NCBI GenBank assembly: GCA_001915925.1
Contig: MNRL01000010.1
Location: 6,140-70,139, forward strand
Direction: 5' to 3'
Source: Clostridium sp. CAG:354_28_25
GTDB taxonomy: Bacteria > Bacillota > Clostridia > TANB77 > CAG-508
DNA length: 64,000 nucleotides
Both the position numbers and the translations under genes were made by a program. Of this stretch, positions 43,501-50,941 are shown piece after piece. The notes under the pieces are model-generated. The model ran no database searches. It saw nothing but the letters and a program-made list of their open reading frames with translations, and had not been told where the DNA came from. Each line of letters begins with the position of its first letter. The stretch's first letter is position 1.

Positions 43501-44396
43501 AAGAAAATGACGGAGATAATCTAATAAAAGCATATGACCCAGAAAAAGGACTAACAGAAAACAATCCTGATTACAGAGATGTAAAAATCGCATTCCAAGT
43601 AACAGAACCAAATACATCAGATAGAATATTAGTAAATACAGCAGAAATTGCTGATGATAGTGATAGTTCTGGGGATCCAATTGAGGATATAGATTCTACT
43701 CCAGATAACAACAATGAGTGGAACGAAGAAGACGACTTAGATAAAGAATTTGTAAAAGTTAAATACTTCGATTTAGCCCTAAAAAAATGGGTAAGTAAAG
43801 CAATCATAATAGATGCAGACGGAACACAGACTGTACAAGAAACAGGACATACAGGTGACGAAGATCCAGAACCACCAGCAAAAGTAGATTTAGGAAGAAG
43901 AGATATAAACAAAGTAACAGTAAAATTCGAATTCCAAATCAAAATAACAAACGAAGGTGAAATCGCTGGATATGCAAAAGAAATAACAGATTATATCCCA
44001 GAAGGTTTAAGATTTGTACAAGAAGATAACCCGGATTGGTATACAAGAGAGCCTTTAAATGGTAAAGAAAGAGTTGCAACAAAATTATTAGAAAATACAT
44101 TATTACAACCAGGAGAAAGTGCAACAGTATCAATCATCTTAACATGGATAAATGGACAAGATAATATGGGCTTAAAAACAAATATTGCAGAAATAAGCCA
44201 AGATTATAATGATAGTCATACACCAGACATAGACTCTGTGCCAGACAACTTTAAAGAAGATGAAGATGATATAGATGATGCTCCAGTAATGCTTACAGTA
44301 GCACTAGGTGATGCAAAATTATATATCGGAATAGCAACACTAGTAGTTATAGCACTAGGTGGAGGAGTATTCATAATTAAGAAATATGTAATTTAA
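40584..44396 (+). CDS. Paralogous giant surface adhesin (1270 aa): signal peptide, TED-like N-terminal module, four DUF11 repeats, C-terminal TM anchor (KKYVI tail). No Cna B tandem array.
   Basis: Signal MKLIKKIAVSIIVMLLALAMGTSVFA. Motifs TIYCLKAE and DVVQQMALWYFTN. The 3' ~1.9 kb is about 85-90% identical to the 3' end of the 35456..40231 gene. Confidence 0.75.
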   Translation: MKLIKKIAVSIIVMLLALAMGTSVFAATNPVTFGLSEYRRETNGKQYGYRINNGNKKVWKVIVYENDGTTMNFDNTIYCLKAEKGFYTATPNSFKQTYDKMVDFADKSNLVPAIFENDDYYYAATWILDHAYIPYYAKSGDSVEVQAQKTEQAAQDREDLLNASGMSDSLKQELTDDDIDVVQQMALWYFTNTKANENADIYHVDYAGEPSFQPVAIAEKGVGSYTTIEDVNQTRADAMEKLYQYMVKTAKSTENIEYYKTHNGKVEEPITLATEVNPTVELDGGNYIVGPYKINKNNDLPFELNAKFTDQDGTDLNGKYTLLNSSKQAVSQGTTIKDLVGQSFYISIPSSNIDDITKIKFSYTGSYRTSSKGFWTTTQNPDTVQPLVAVEKQETPLSGEKEVGVAKREFDLSLRKFISEVNGKEINREPTVDVSNLNKNIDGAKVTTATYNHNKKPVAVKPGDIVTYTIRVYNEGELDGYVGEITDYLPAELEFINDVENYPEETDFNAGYGWKIDASNNRVIKTNKLAYSSEAADRDQNASNLIKAYNGTTLDYKEVKVKCKVKNSTESLKKITNLAQITQETDSKGGAVTDRDSVPNGNFTLPSDTDLPTYKDDEINSGKQYIPGQEDDDDFEKVIIQEFDLALRKFISGKNGTTLIGREPSVDVTNLANGTATTATYNHPKKAVDMARGDVVEYTIRVYNEGSIDGYANKIVDKLPAELEFLPENETNIQYGWQVSEDGRTVTTDYLSEARGGIPVSTATTSNQNLIKAFDGTTLSYKDVKIVCKVKDTAEFGKKLTNLAEITEAKDSEGNDVIDRDSETNNMQVPSDEDLPAYKDDEINNEYVPGQEDDDDFEKVRVVYFDLALRKFITAVDDQEVTTRVPQLSIGEDGNIKYDHTKDPVEVENGDVVTYTIRIYNEGLIDGHATEVKDDIPDGLKFLPDNPINREYRWQESEDGQSVTTDYLAKAQEENDGDNLIKAYDPEKGLTENNPDYRDVKIAFQVTEPNTSDRILVNTAEIADDSDSSGDPIEDIDSTPDNNNEWNEEDDLDKEFVKVKYFDLALKKWVSKAIIIDADGTQTVQETGHTGDEDPEPPAKVDLGRRDINKVTVKFEFQIKITNEGEIAGYAKEITDYIPEGLRFVQEDNPDWYTREPLNGKERVATKLLENTLLQPGESATVSIILTWINGQDNMGLKTNIAEISQDYNDSHTPDIDSVPDNFKEDEDDIDDAPVMLTVALGDAKLYIGIATLVVIALGGGVFIIKKYVI

Positions 44397-44422
44397 AAAA
44401 TCTTTAAAACAAAAATGCAAAA

Positions 44423-44456
44423 AAAGAGGGTATTCGGATTAGATATCCTCTTTTTT
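44423..44456 (+). terminator. Terminator after the second adhesin gene
   Basis: AAGAGGGTAT-loop-ATATCCTCTT imperfect stem followed by TTTTTT. Confidence 0.5.
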
Positions 44457-44629
44457 ATATAAAGGTTATAAAATATTAGTAAAGAATTTATGAGTGCTAA
44501 AGATGATATAATAACTGGTATAAATTTATTAGACATATAGAACATTGATTTTTTGATATAGATTGAAAAAATAGAAATTTTATGATATCATAGTAGTTAC
44601 CATAAAACGAGAAGTAAAGGAGAAAAAGT

Positions 44630-44857
44630 ATGAGTGATATGAGTAAAAATACAAATCTAGAAATAGCTGTTGAAATTATGGCAGCTAAAATTGCAAAAAT
44701 GTCTAGAGAAGGATATACAGCTGAAGACGATAAAATGAAAAAACTGATAGATGAAAGAAATAAAATGTATATTGGAGAAGAGGATGTAATAGAGAAAATA
44801 ATAACAGAATACGGACCAGAAATAAAAAAAGATTATATTAATATAGAAGGAGAATAG
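44630..44857 (+). CDS. Small acidic helical protein. Candidate epsilon/PezA-like antitoxin, based on position immediately upstream of a zeta-toxin gene.
   Basis: 75 aa, charged. RBS AAAGGAG upstream of the ATG. Stop is 3 nt before the zeta-like gene start. Confidence 0.4.
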   Translation: MSDMSKNTNLEIAVEIMAAKIAKMSREGYTAEDDKMKKLIDERNKMYIGEEDVIEKIITEYGPEIKKDYINIEGE

Positions 44858-44860
44858 AAT

Positions 44861-45703
44861 ATGGAAGAAAATAAAACATTAGAAGAAGTATGTACTGAAT
44901 ATAAGCTTTCAGAAGACGAACGCAACGAAATAGGAAACAAAATAAATGCGATTATGTTAGCAGGAAAGAAAACAAGTGAGCAACCTATAGCAATAATAGA
45001 TATTGCACCTCCAGGTTCTGGAAAAACAGGTTTAAACGGATATGCCTGTGCACAGTTTAAGGATAATAATGCTGTTGTCATTAATAGTGATGAATTAAAA
45101 CCATTTCATCCTAGAATAGATGAATTAGCAAAAAAATATCCAGAATATTATACAAAAGTAACTAATCAAGAAAGTAATTTTTGGACAGACAATTTATTTG
45201 ATGTTGCAGTAGCTAGTAGGTATAATGTTATTTTTGAGGGAACAGGTAGAAACTTAAAACTATTAACAAAGATGATGAGCAAAATGCATGGGTACAAAAT
45301 AGTTGTAAGAGGAATGGCCGTTAATGAACTAAATTGCTTGATGTCAATAATTGAAAGATATGAAGGACAAGTAGAACAAAAAGGCTGGGGAAGGTTGGTA
45401 ATGGAAGATCATTTTTATAAAGCATATGATGAAATGCTAGAAAATATCCAAGCGATTGAAGAATCTGGAATGGCAGATATTGTTGAAGTTTATACAAGAA
45501 GTGACAATCCAAGTAGACCACTAAGAATATATAGTAGTAGAAATAGAGAATTTAAAGATGCAAGAACAGCTGTAATTGTTGGAAGAGAAAGAGACAGAAA
45601 AAGTGCAGAACAATATTATGAAGAAAAATTTAGTAAAAGAGGAACAAAACCAACAAAGTTTCCAGAAGAAAAAGAACTTCTAGAAAAAATAACAGAAATA
45701 TGA
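44861..45703 (+). CDS. Zeta-toxin family P-loop kinase (PezT/zeta-like; the family phosphorylates UDP-GlcNAc)
   Basis: Walker A IAPPGSGKTGL. Blocks VINSDELKPFHP (zeta VIDNDTFKQQHP), NVIFEGTGRN (NLVIEGTGRT), GYKIVVRGMAVNELNCLMSIIERYE ([25 protein letters not shown]). Confidence 0.75.
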   Translation: MEENKTLEEVCTEYKLSEDERNEIGNKINAIMLAGKKTSEQPIAIIDIAPPGSGKTGLNGYACAQFKDNNAVVINSDELKPFHPRIDELAKKYPEYYTKVTNQESNFWTDNLFDVAVASRYNVIFEGTGRNLKLLTKMMSKMHGYKIVVRGMAVNELNCLMSIIERYEGQVEQKGWGRLVMEDHFYKAYDEMLENIQAIEESGMADIVEVYTRSDNPSRPLRIYSSRNREFKDARTAVIVGRERDRKSAEQYYEEKFSKRGTKPTKFPEEKELLEKITEI

Positions 45704-45744
45704 GAACAAGGAATACAATTATAAATTTGAATAGAGGGATGATT

Positions 45745-46767
45745 ATGAACGAATCAAAAACAATAAAAGATGTTGTGGAAGAGGTAGAAAAATCTTCAAC
45801 AACCTTTGAAAAAACAAATACTGACTTAAAAAGAAAATTTTTAAAATGGAATATAGAAGCATTTAATATGATTGCTTCTTCAGTAAGTGTAAATAGAGGC
45901 TCATTTGGAACTGGCTATCCATTTTATGTATTGGATGAAAATTTAAATGGAGAAATTCCAATTATTTCGGAACAAATTAGATATAACAGGCAATTAGTAA
46001 GAGATGGGGAGCCTGTACAAAAATCCATATGGCAGTGTAAATCTTGTCTAGAAAGAAATTATGATATAATGCCAGATTTAAAAATAGTATGTAAACCATG
46101 CCAAAATATGATAGATTCATTAAAGCCAAGAAAAATTATAAACAGATTACCTGACTTAGACATGTGGTTAGTTTGTGAGGACGGAAGTATTGAACAAGCA
46201 CAAGCTGAATTAAGCAAATTACTAGAGAAATATAATATGCGTACATCAGATGTTTCTCCATTACAATCTTTAAGTGATGTTGTGAAAATTTCAACAAATT
46301 TAAAAGACGGAGAATTTCCAAAAGTATTTTTGCCAATAGATGCACATATTATGGAAAAATCAAAATTGATGGAACTAGTAGAACAAGTACCAGATGAATT
46401 ACAATTAGCAAAACTAGAAGAAAGAAAACCATATTTACCAATTAGACCAAAATCACTTAGAAAAGAATGGCAATATGATGACGAGGCATATAACTTTATT
46501 TATGATTATCTTTCAGCTTTTACAGCATTTAACTTTACAGAAGGAATGGAAGAAACACTACAAAAGAGCAGAACTAGAGTAATAAGAGAAAATACGCCAG
46601 AAGAATTGTTCGATTTTCTTACGCAAGCAGCAACTCCAGCAAACTTTAGAAGATTTCAGGAACATGAATTAGAAGAAATTTTTTATAGAAGAATAACAGG
46701 ATGGGGCGAGCAACTAACAAAGGAAAGAGGAGAATTAGAAGAAGACGAGGGACCTGAACTTGAATAA
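45745..46767 (+). CDS. Hypothetical protein with CxxC...CxxC zinc-ribbon (CKSC...CKPC) and an acidic C-terminus. Translationally coupled to the zeta-like gene.
   Basis: The ORF-track start at 45700 overlaps the zeta stop (ATGA). The internal ATG at 45745 has RBS GAGGG 6 nt upstream, so the true start is uncertain. No confident domain match. Confidence 0.5.
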   Translation: MNESKTIKDVVEEVEKSSTTFEKTNTDLKRKFLKWNIEAFNMIASSVSVNRGSFGTGYPFYVLDENLNGEIPIISEQIRYNRQLVRDGEPVQKSIWQCKSCLERNYDIMPDLKIVCKPCQNMIDSLKPRKIINRLPDLDMWLVCEDGSIEQAQAELSKLLEKYNMRTSDVSPLQSLSDVVKISTNLKDGEFPKVFLPIDAHIMEKSKLMELVEQVPDELQLAKLEERKPYLPIRPKSLRKEWQYDDEAYNFIYDYLSAFTAFNFTEGMEETLQKSRTRVIRENTPEELFDFLTQAATPANFRRFQEHELEEIFYRRITGWGEQLTKERGELEEDEGPELE

Positions 46768-46783
46768 TAAGGAGGAAGATAGA

Positions 46784-47677
46784 ATGGGAAAAAGAATAGA
46801 TTTACATATTCATACAACAGTTTCAGATGGAGCATTAACACCTAAAGAAGTAATAGATGAAGCATGTAAAAATGGAGTATCTGTAATTGCAATAGCAGAC
46901 CATGATACAGTAGATGCATATAATGATGAATTATTTGAATATGCAAAAAGTAAAAATATAAAGATAATAAATGCAGTCGAGATTTCTACTAAAGCGAAAA
47001 AAGCAGGAGTACATGTATTAGGATATAATCTAGATTTAAATGATGAAGAGTTTAAAGAAAGATTAAGTAAAATTAGAAATGCGAGACATAATTATTTACA
47101 TGATGTAGCTAAAAAGTTAGAAGAACTAGGATATTATATAAATGTAGAAGAATTAGATAAGATAGATGCTGTAACAAAAGCACATATAGCTTTAGATGCA
47201 ACAAACAATCCAAAAAACAAAGAAAAATTATTAGCAGAATTTGGGCATATTCCAAGTAAAGGAGAATTTATAGAAACAATAATGAACGAAAATTGTCCTG
47301 CATATGTAAAAAAGGAAAGTGCAACTCCAAAAGAAGCTGCAGAAATTATAAGAGCTGCAAATGGAAAAGTGGTTTTAGCACATCCAGTAGCATATGTGCA
47401 TGAAGATAATTTGAACGATGAAGATATTTTGGAAATTGTTAATGATATGAAACCTGATGGATTAGAAGCTAACTATTTGTATGTAGATAGATATGATAAG
47501 AAATTTGATGAAACAGAAAAATGGAATGAATTTGCTAAGAAACACAACTTATTTGTAACGGTTGGTTCTGATTTCCATAATAAAGATGGACTTAGACCAG
47601 AAATAGGTTTTATAAATACAGACTTTGTTTTAGCAGAAGAAGTTATTGAGGAGATTCTTAGAAATTTAGAAAAATAA
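46784..47677 (+). CDS. PHP-domain metal-dependent phosphoesterase (TrpH/YciV-type)
   Basis: N-terminal RIDLHIHTTVSDGALTPKEVI, IAIADHDTVDAY, later LAHP and GSDFHN motifs. RBS AAGGAGGAAG. I chose the ATG at 46784. Confidence 0.8.
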   Translation: MGKRIDLHIHTTVSDGALTPKEVIDEACKNGVSVIAIADHDTVDAYNDELFEYAKSKNIKIINAVEISTKAKKAGVHVLGYNLDLNDEEFKERLSKIRNARHNYLHDVAKKLEELGYYINVEELDKIDAVTKAHIALDATNNPKNKEKLLAEFGHIPSKGEFIETIMNENCPAYVKKESATPKEAAEIIRAANGKVVLAHPVAYVHEDNLNDEDILEIVNDMKPDGLEANYLYVDRYDKKFDETEKWNEFAKKHNLFVTVGSDFHNKDGLRPEIGFINTDFVLAEEVIEEILRNLEK

Positions 47678-47771
47678 AGTAAAGATAAGGATAGAGTTAG
47701 TAAAATTGAATATTATACAATATGTAATTAAAAAATAATATAAAATGTCTAAAAATAGTATCCGTAAAGTG

Positions 47772-47815
47772 ATAGAGCATTGCACCAAGAATTGGAAGCA
47801 ATGCTCTATTTACTT
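47772..47815 (+). terminator. Terminator-like hairpin after the PHP gene
   Basis: ATAGAGCATTGC-14 nt-GCAATGCTCTAT perfect 12-bp stem followed by TTACTTATATT. Confidence 0.45.
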
Positions 47816-47853
47816 ATATTAATATAATAAGTTATTATAGGAGAAATAGGTGT

Positions 47854-48462
47854 ATGCAAATGAAAGGAAAAAAAGTAGAATCGGTAAAAAACAATAATAA
47901 GAAAAGAGTAATAAATAAGAAAGCAATAATAGGATTAATAGTGATACTGGGAATTTTACTACTAACTTTTACTTTTACCAAACAATTTGTAGAATCAAGT
48001 GGCTCAACAGCAAAACAAAATGAAGAAACAAATGCAGAAACTAGAGCTACATCATAATCGGTAACAGGAAATGCAACAATAGAAGAAAACATTCCAGAAG
48101 GAATGAGCCTAGCAAACAATGACGGAACATGGGAAGAACAAGCTGGAGTATTAAGAAAGATAATAGCAGAAATAAATCCAGGGGAAACAAAAGAATATAC
48201 AGTAGTACTAGACTGGAATACAGCAGAAACCAACATGGGAGAAAAAGACAATATAGTAAGTATAGTAGATACACAAAATATACCAGGATTTGTAGATAAC
48301 AATGATAAAGATAATACATCAAATGCAAATGTCATAATCTCTGTAGAAACAGGAGAATTACCAATAGGATTAATACTTGCATTAGTAGCATTAGTAGGAT
48401 TAGAAACAGTAACATTAAGATATGCAGTAGTACTTACTAAAAGACAAAAGAAAAATAAATAA
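47854..48462 (+). pseudogene. Small surface-protein gene interrupted by an in-frame TAA at 48055-48057: signal/TM N-terminus, DUF11-like fragment, C-terminal TM anchor + KRQKKNK
   Basis: ORFs 47854..48057 and 48103..48462 are in the same frame, separated only by the TAA. Downstream sequence (...IPEGMSLANNDGTWEE...VVLDWNTAET...) resembles the C-terminal DUF11 module of the adhesins. Ends GELPIGLILALVALVGLETVTLRYAVVLTKRQKKNK. Confidence 0.5.
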
Positions 48463-48483
48463 AGACAAGTAATAATAAAATAT

Positions 48484-48545
48484 AAAGCATCAATTGAAAT
48501 GCAAACTTTTAGTTAAAGAAGGCATTCAATGGATGCTTTTATAAT
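48484..48545 (+). terminator. Terminator-like long hairpin
   Basis: AAAGCATCAATTGAAATGC ... GCATTCAATGGATGCTTT imperfect 18-bp stem followed by TT. Confidence 0.4.
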
Positions 48546-48552
48546 ATTGAAA

Positions 48553-48655
48553 TTATTTTGATACAGCAAAAAATGTTAAAGGAAGAAAATTATTTCGATA
48601 CAACGAAAAAAATGTCAAAAAAAGAAAGTTATTTCGATACATCGAAATAACTTGA
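48553..48655. repeat. Three tandem ~35-bp direct repeats (TTATTT[CT]GATACANCGAAAAAAATGTNAAA...). The last contains a perfect 10-bp-arm palindrome TTATTTCGAT-ac-ATCGAAATAA just upstream of the AAA ATPase gene.
   Basis: Read directly. Units start at about 48553, 48590 and 48630. Confidence 0.6.
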
Positions 48656-48698
48656 AAAAATAAAATAATCTGTTATAATTAAATTAGAGGTGAAAACT

Positions 48699-49895
48699 AT
48701 GTTAAAAAGAGAATATTATTTAAAAAGAATAAGACCATTTTATCAAGAAAATAGTTTAATTAAAATAATATATGGTTTAAGAAGAGCTGGTAAATCAGTA
48801 ATATTAAATCAAATTAAGGATGAATTACTAAAAGATAAAACTGATGAAAGCCATATTATATATATAAATTTTGAATCGTTAGATTACAGTTTTATAAAAA
48901 ATGCAATAGATTTAAATAATTATATAAAACAACAAATTAAAGATAATAAAACATACTATATATTTTTAGACGAAATACAAAAAGTAAAAGATTTTGAAAA
49001 AGGAATAAATTCACTTCGTATAACGAATCAATGTAGTATTTTTATAACTGGTTCAAACAGCAAGATGACATTTAAAGAACTTTCAACTGACTTAACAGGT
49101 AGATATGTTAGTTTTAAAGTAAATCCACTGAACTTTTCTGAAGCACTAGAAATAACAAATACAAATGATTATAAAAAATTATTGTTTGATATTTTTGAAT
49201 GGGGAAGCTTACCACAAAGGTTTTCATTTAAAGAGGATATTACTAAATTAAATTATATATCAGATGTATATGATTCTATTGTTTTAAAGGACGTTGTAGA
49301 GAGATTGGGAGTAAAAGATATTACTTTATTTAATAAAGTATGGCAATATATTTTAGAAACTGAAGGAAGAGAATTTTCTGCAACTAATGTCTTGAAATAT
49401 TTAAAAAATGAATATAGAGAAGTATCTGCAGAAACTTTATATAACTATATAGAAGCATTATGTTCGACTTTTATTATTAACAAAGTATACAGATATGATA
49501 TACATGGTAAAAGTATTTTAAAAACATTAAATAAATATTATGTATCAGATCTTGGAGTGAAAAAGATAAAAAATACAAATAAAGAAACTAATTATTCAAT
49601 TTGTTTAGAGAATTTGGTATATAATGAATTAATTTTTAAAGGATATGATGTTTATATAGGAAAATTAAAAGATGCAGAAGTCGATTTTGTAGCTATAAAA
49701 GATAAAAAGATTAAGTATATTCAAGTAAGCTTATATTTAAATTCCGAAGAAACAATAAATAGGGAATTTGGAGCATATAAGAGTATACAAGACAATTATC
49801 CCAAATATGTAATATCTTTAGATGATGTGGATATGTCAACTAATGGAATAAAGCATTTGAATGTTTTTGACTTTTTGTTAAATGAAGATTTTTAA
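48699..49895 (+). CDS. AAA+ ATPase of the COG1373 / AAA_14-DUF4143 family
   Basis: N-terminal P-loop IIYGLRRAGKSVILNQI, Walker B YIFLDEIQ, then the DUF4143-type C-terminal half. RBS GAGG 9 nt upstream of the ATG at 48699. The ORF track starts at the GTG at 48690. Confidence 0.8.
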   Translation: MLKREYYLKRIRPFYQENSLIKIIYGLRRAGKSVILNQIKDELLKDKTDESHIIYINFESLDYSFIKNAIDLNNYIKQQIKDNKTYYIFLDEIQKVKDFEKGINSLRITNQCSIFITGSNSKMTFKELSTDLTGRYVSFKVNPLNFSEALEITNTNDYKKLLFDIFEWGSLPQRFSFKEDITKLNYISDVYDSIVLKDVVERLGVKDITLFNKVWQYILETEGREFSATNVLKYLKNEYREVSAETLYNYIEALCSTFIINKVYRYDIHGKSILKTLNKYYVSDLGVKKIKNTNKETNYSICLENLVYNELIFKGYDVYIGKLKDAEVDFVAIKDKKIKYIQVSLYLNSEETINREFGAYKSIQDNYPKYVISLDDVDMSTNGIKHLNVFDFLLNEDF

Positions 49896-49948
49896 AGTCA
49901 AAAATTGCACAACAAAGTAGTCAAAAAATGCACAATGCTATTGGATGA

Positions 49949-50218
49949 ATGAAAATGTATACAATGTCTTTATATGAATCTGGAGATTCATCAGGAGAGG
50001 CTTCTTTAAAAGATTTATTTGAAAATAAAGTGAAAAAAAAGCTCGTAAAAAAGGTAGAGTTAAAAAGATTAGCGGAACTGATTGTAAAAGGTGGTTGGCC
50101 TGAAGCAGTAAATATTAGTGTTAATGGAGCTATGAAAATTACTAGAAGTTATATTGAGGCTGTACTAGATAAAGATATTATAGAGATTGATGGAGTAAAT
50201 AGAGATAAGCAAAAGTAG
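49949..50218 (+). pseudogene. Internal fragment of a second COG1373-type ATPase paralog (lacks P-loop and C-terminus)
   Basis: 89-aa ORF. ...LVKKVELKRLAELIVKGGWPEAVNI...SYIEAVLDKDIIEIDGVNRDKQK aligns to the middle of the 48699 protein (WGSLPQRF...VYDSIVLKDVVERLGVKDITLFNK). Confidence 0.4.
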
Positions 50219-50544
50219 GAGATGAATATGACATAAAAGCAAAAGAGTTCTTAAGTTATAAACTAGTAGAAGCAGATGAAGAAGAAAACAGCATGTTACC
50301 AACAAATGCAGCAGGAACGATGACAGAAGAGAAAATAGTAGTAAACTACTACTATAAGCAACCAGCAAAAGTAATAGTACACTATGTAGAAAAAGCAACA
50401 GGAAAAGAAATAGAGGAAATAAATCCAGAAACAGGAGAATTACCAATAGGATTAATACTTGTATTAGTTGCATTAGTAGGATTAGAGACAGTAACATTAA
50501 GATATGCAGTAGTATTTACTAAAAGGCAAAAAAATAAGAAATAA
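50209..50544 (+). pseudogene. 3' fragment of a surface-protein gene (end of a Cna B-like domain plus C-terminal anchor); no 5' part
   Basis: Open frame begins right after a stop at 50206 (...EYDIKAKEFLSYKLVEADEEENSMLPTNAAGTMTEEKIVVNYYYKQPAKVIVHYVEK...). Ends ETGELPIGLILVLVALVGLETVTLRYAVVFTKRQKNKK, about 93% identical at the nucleotide level to 48346..48462. Confidence 0.45.
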
Positions 50545-50550
50545 CTAAAA

Positions 50551-50596
50551 AACAGCATCTTAAGATTGTAAAAATTAAAAGGTGCTGTTTTTTTAT
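50551..50596 (+). terminator. Rho-independent terminator
   Basis: AACAGCATC-21 nt loop-GGTGCTGTT followed by TTTTTT. Confidence 0.5.
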
Positions 50597-50628
50597 GTAA
50601 AAACTAATTATACCAAAAATAGAAAATC

Positions 50629-50699
50629 GGGATTTTAGGAACGTCCCCAAACCCCTCCCCAAATCCCTCTTCGGGAAAAAAGGAATGTTCCCAAATCCC
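50629..50699. repeat. Two palindromic repeat units (f1 50629-50667 GGGATTTTAGGAACGTCCCCAAA[CCCCTCCCCAAA]TCCC with internal duplication; f2 50673-50699 GGGAAAAAAGGAATGTTCCCAAATCCC) upstream of the giant Fn3 protein gene
   Basis: Same family as 4856, 8095, 11307, 25838 and 40231. Confidence 0.65.
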
Positions 50700-50941
50700 T
50701 AAGGGTTTTACAAGATACAATGAAAGAACAATGGCAATAAAAAAATATTTTTTAAAATGTCATAATAATTTAATATTCTAAAAAATATAGAAGCAAAAAA
50801 CTTCAAAATAAGCTTCCGTAAATAGATAGAAGTAAAAAAAATGAAATTAAAAAAAATGGAAAATTCTATATATTGAAATGAAAAAATTTCTATGGTAACA
50901 TTTTTTTGATATAAACAAAACAAATAGGAGAGGGAAAGGCT

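Noticed and set aside
45745-46767. Assigning the 355-aa protein to the Pol-beta nucleotidyltransferase superfamily
   Set aside because: RGSFGTGYP...VLDE and PDLDMWLV resemble the GS...DxD motif only loosely. Without profile searches this is too weak to call.
47835-48335. Minus-strand 166-aa ORF
   Set aside because: Antisense to the interrupted surface-protein gene 47854..48462. It has no start context.
4856-50699. Possibility that the GGGATTT...AAATCCC repeats form a CRISPR array
   Set aside because: Units are scattered over 46 kb with spacing from 7 bp to kilobases. They occur in both orientations and vary in sequence. There are no regular repeat-spacer periodicity and no cas genes.
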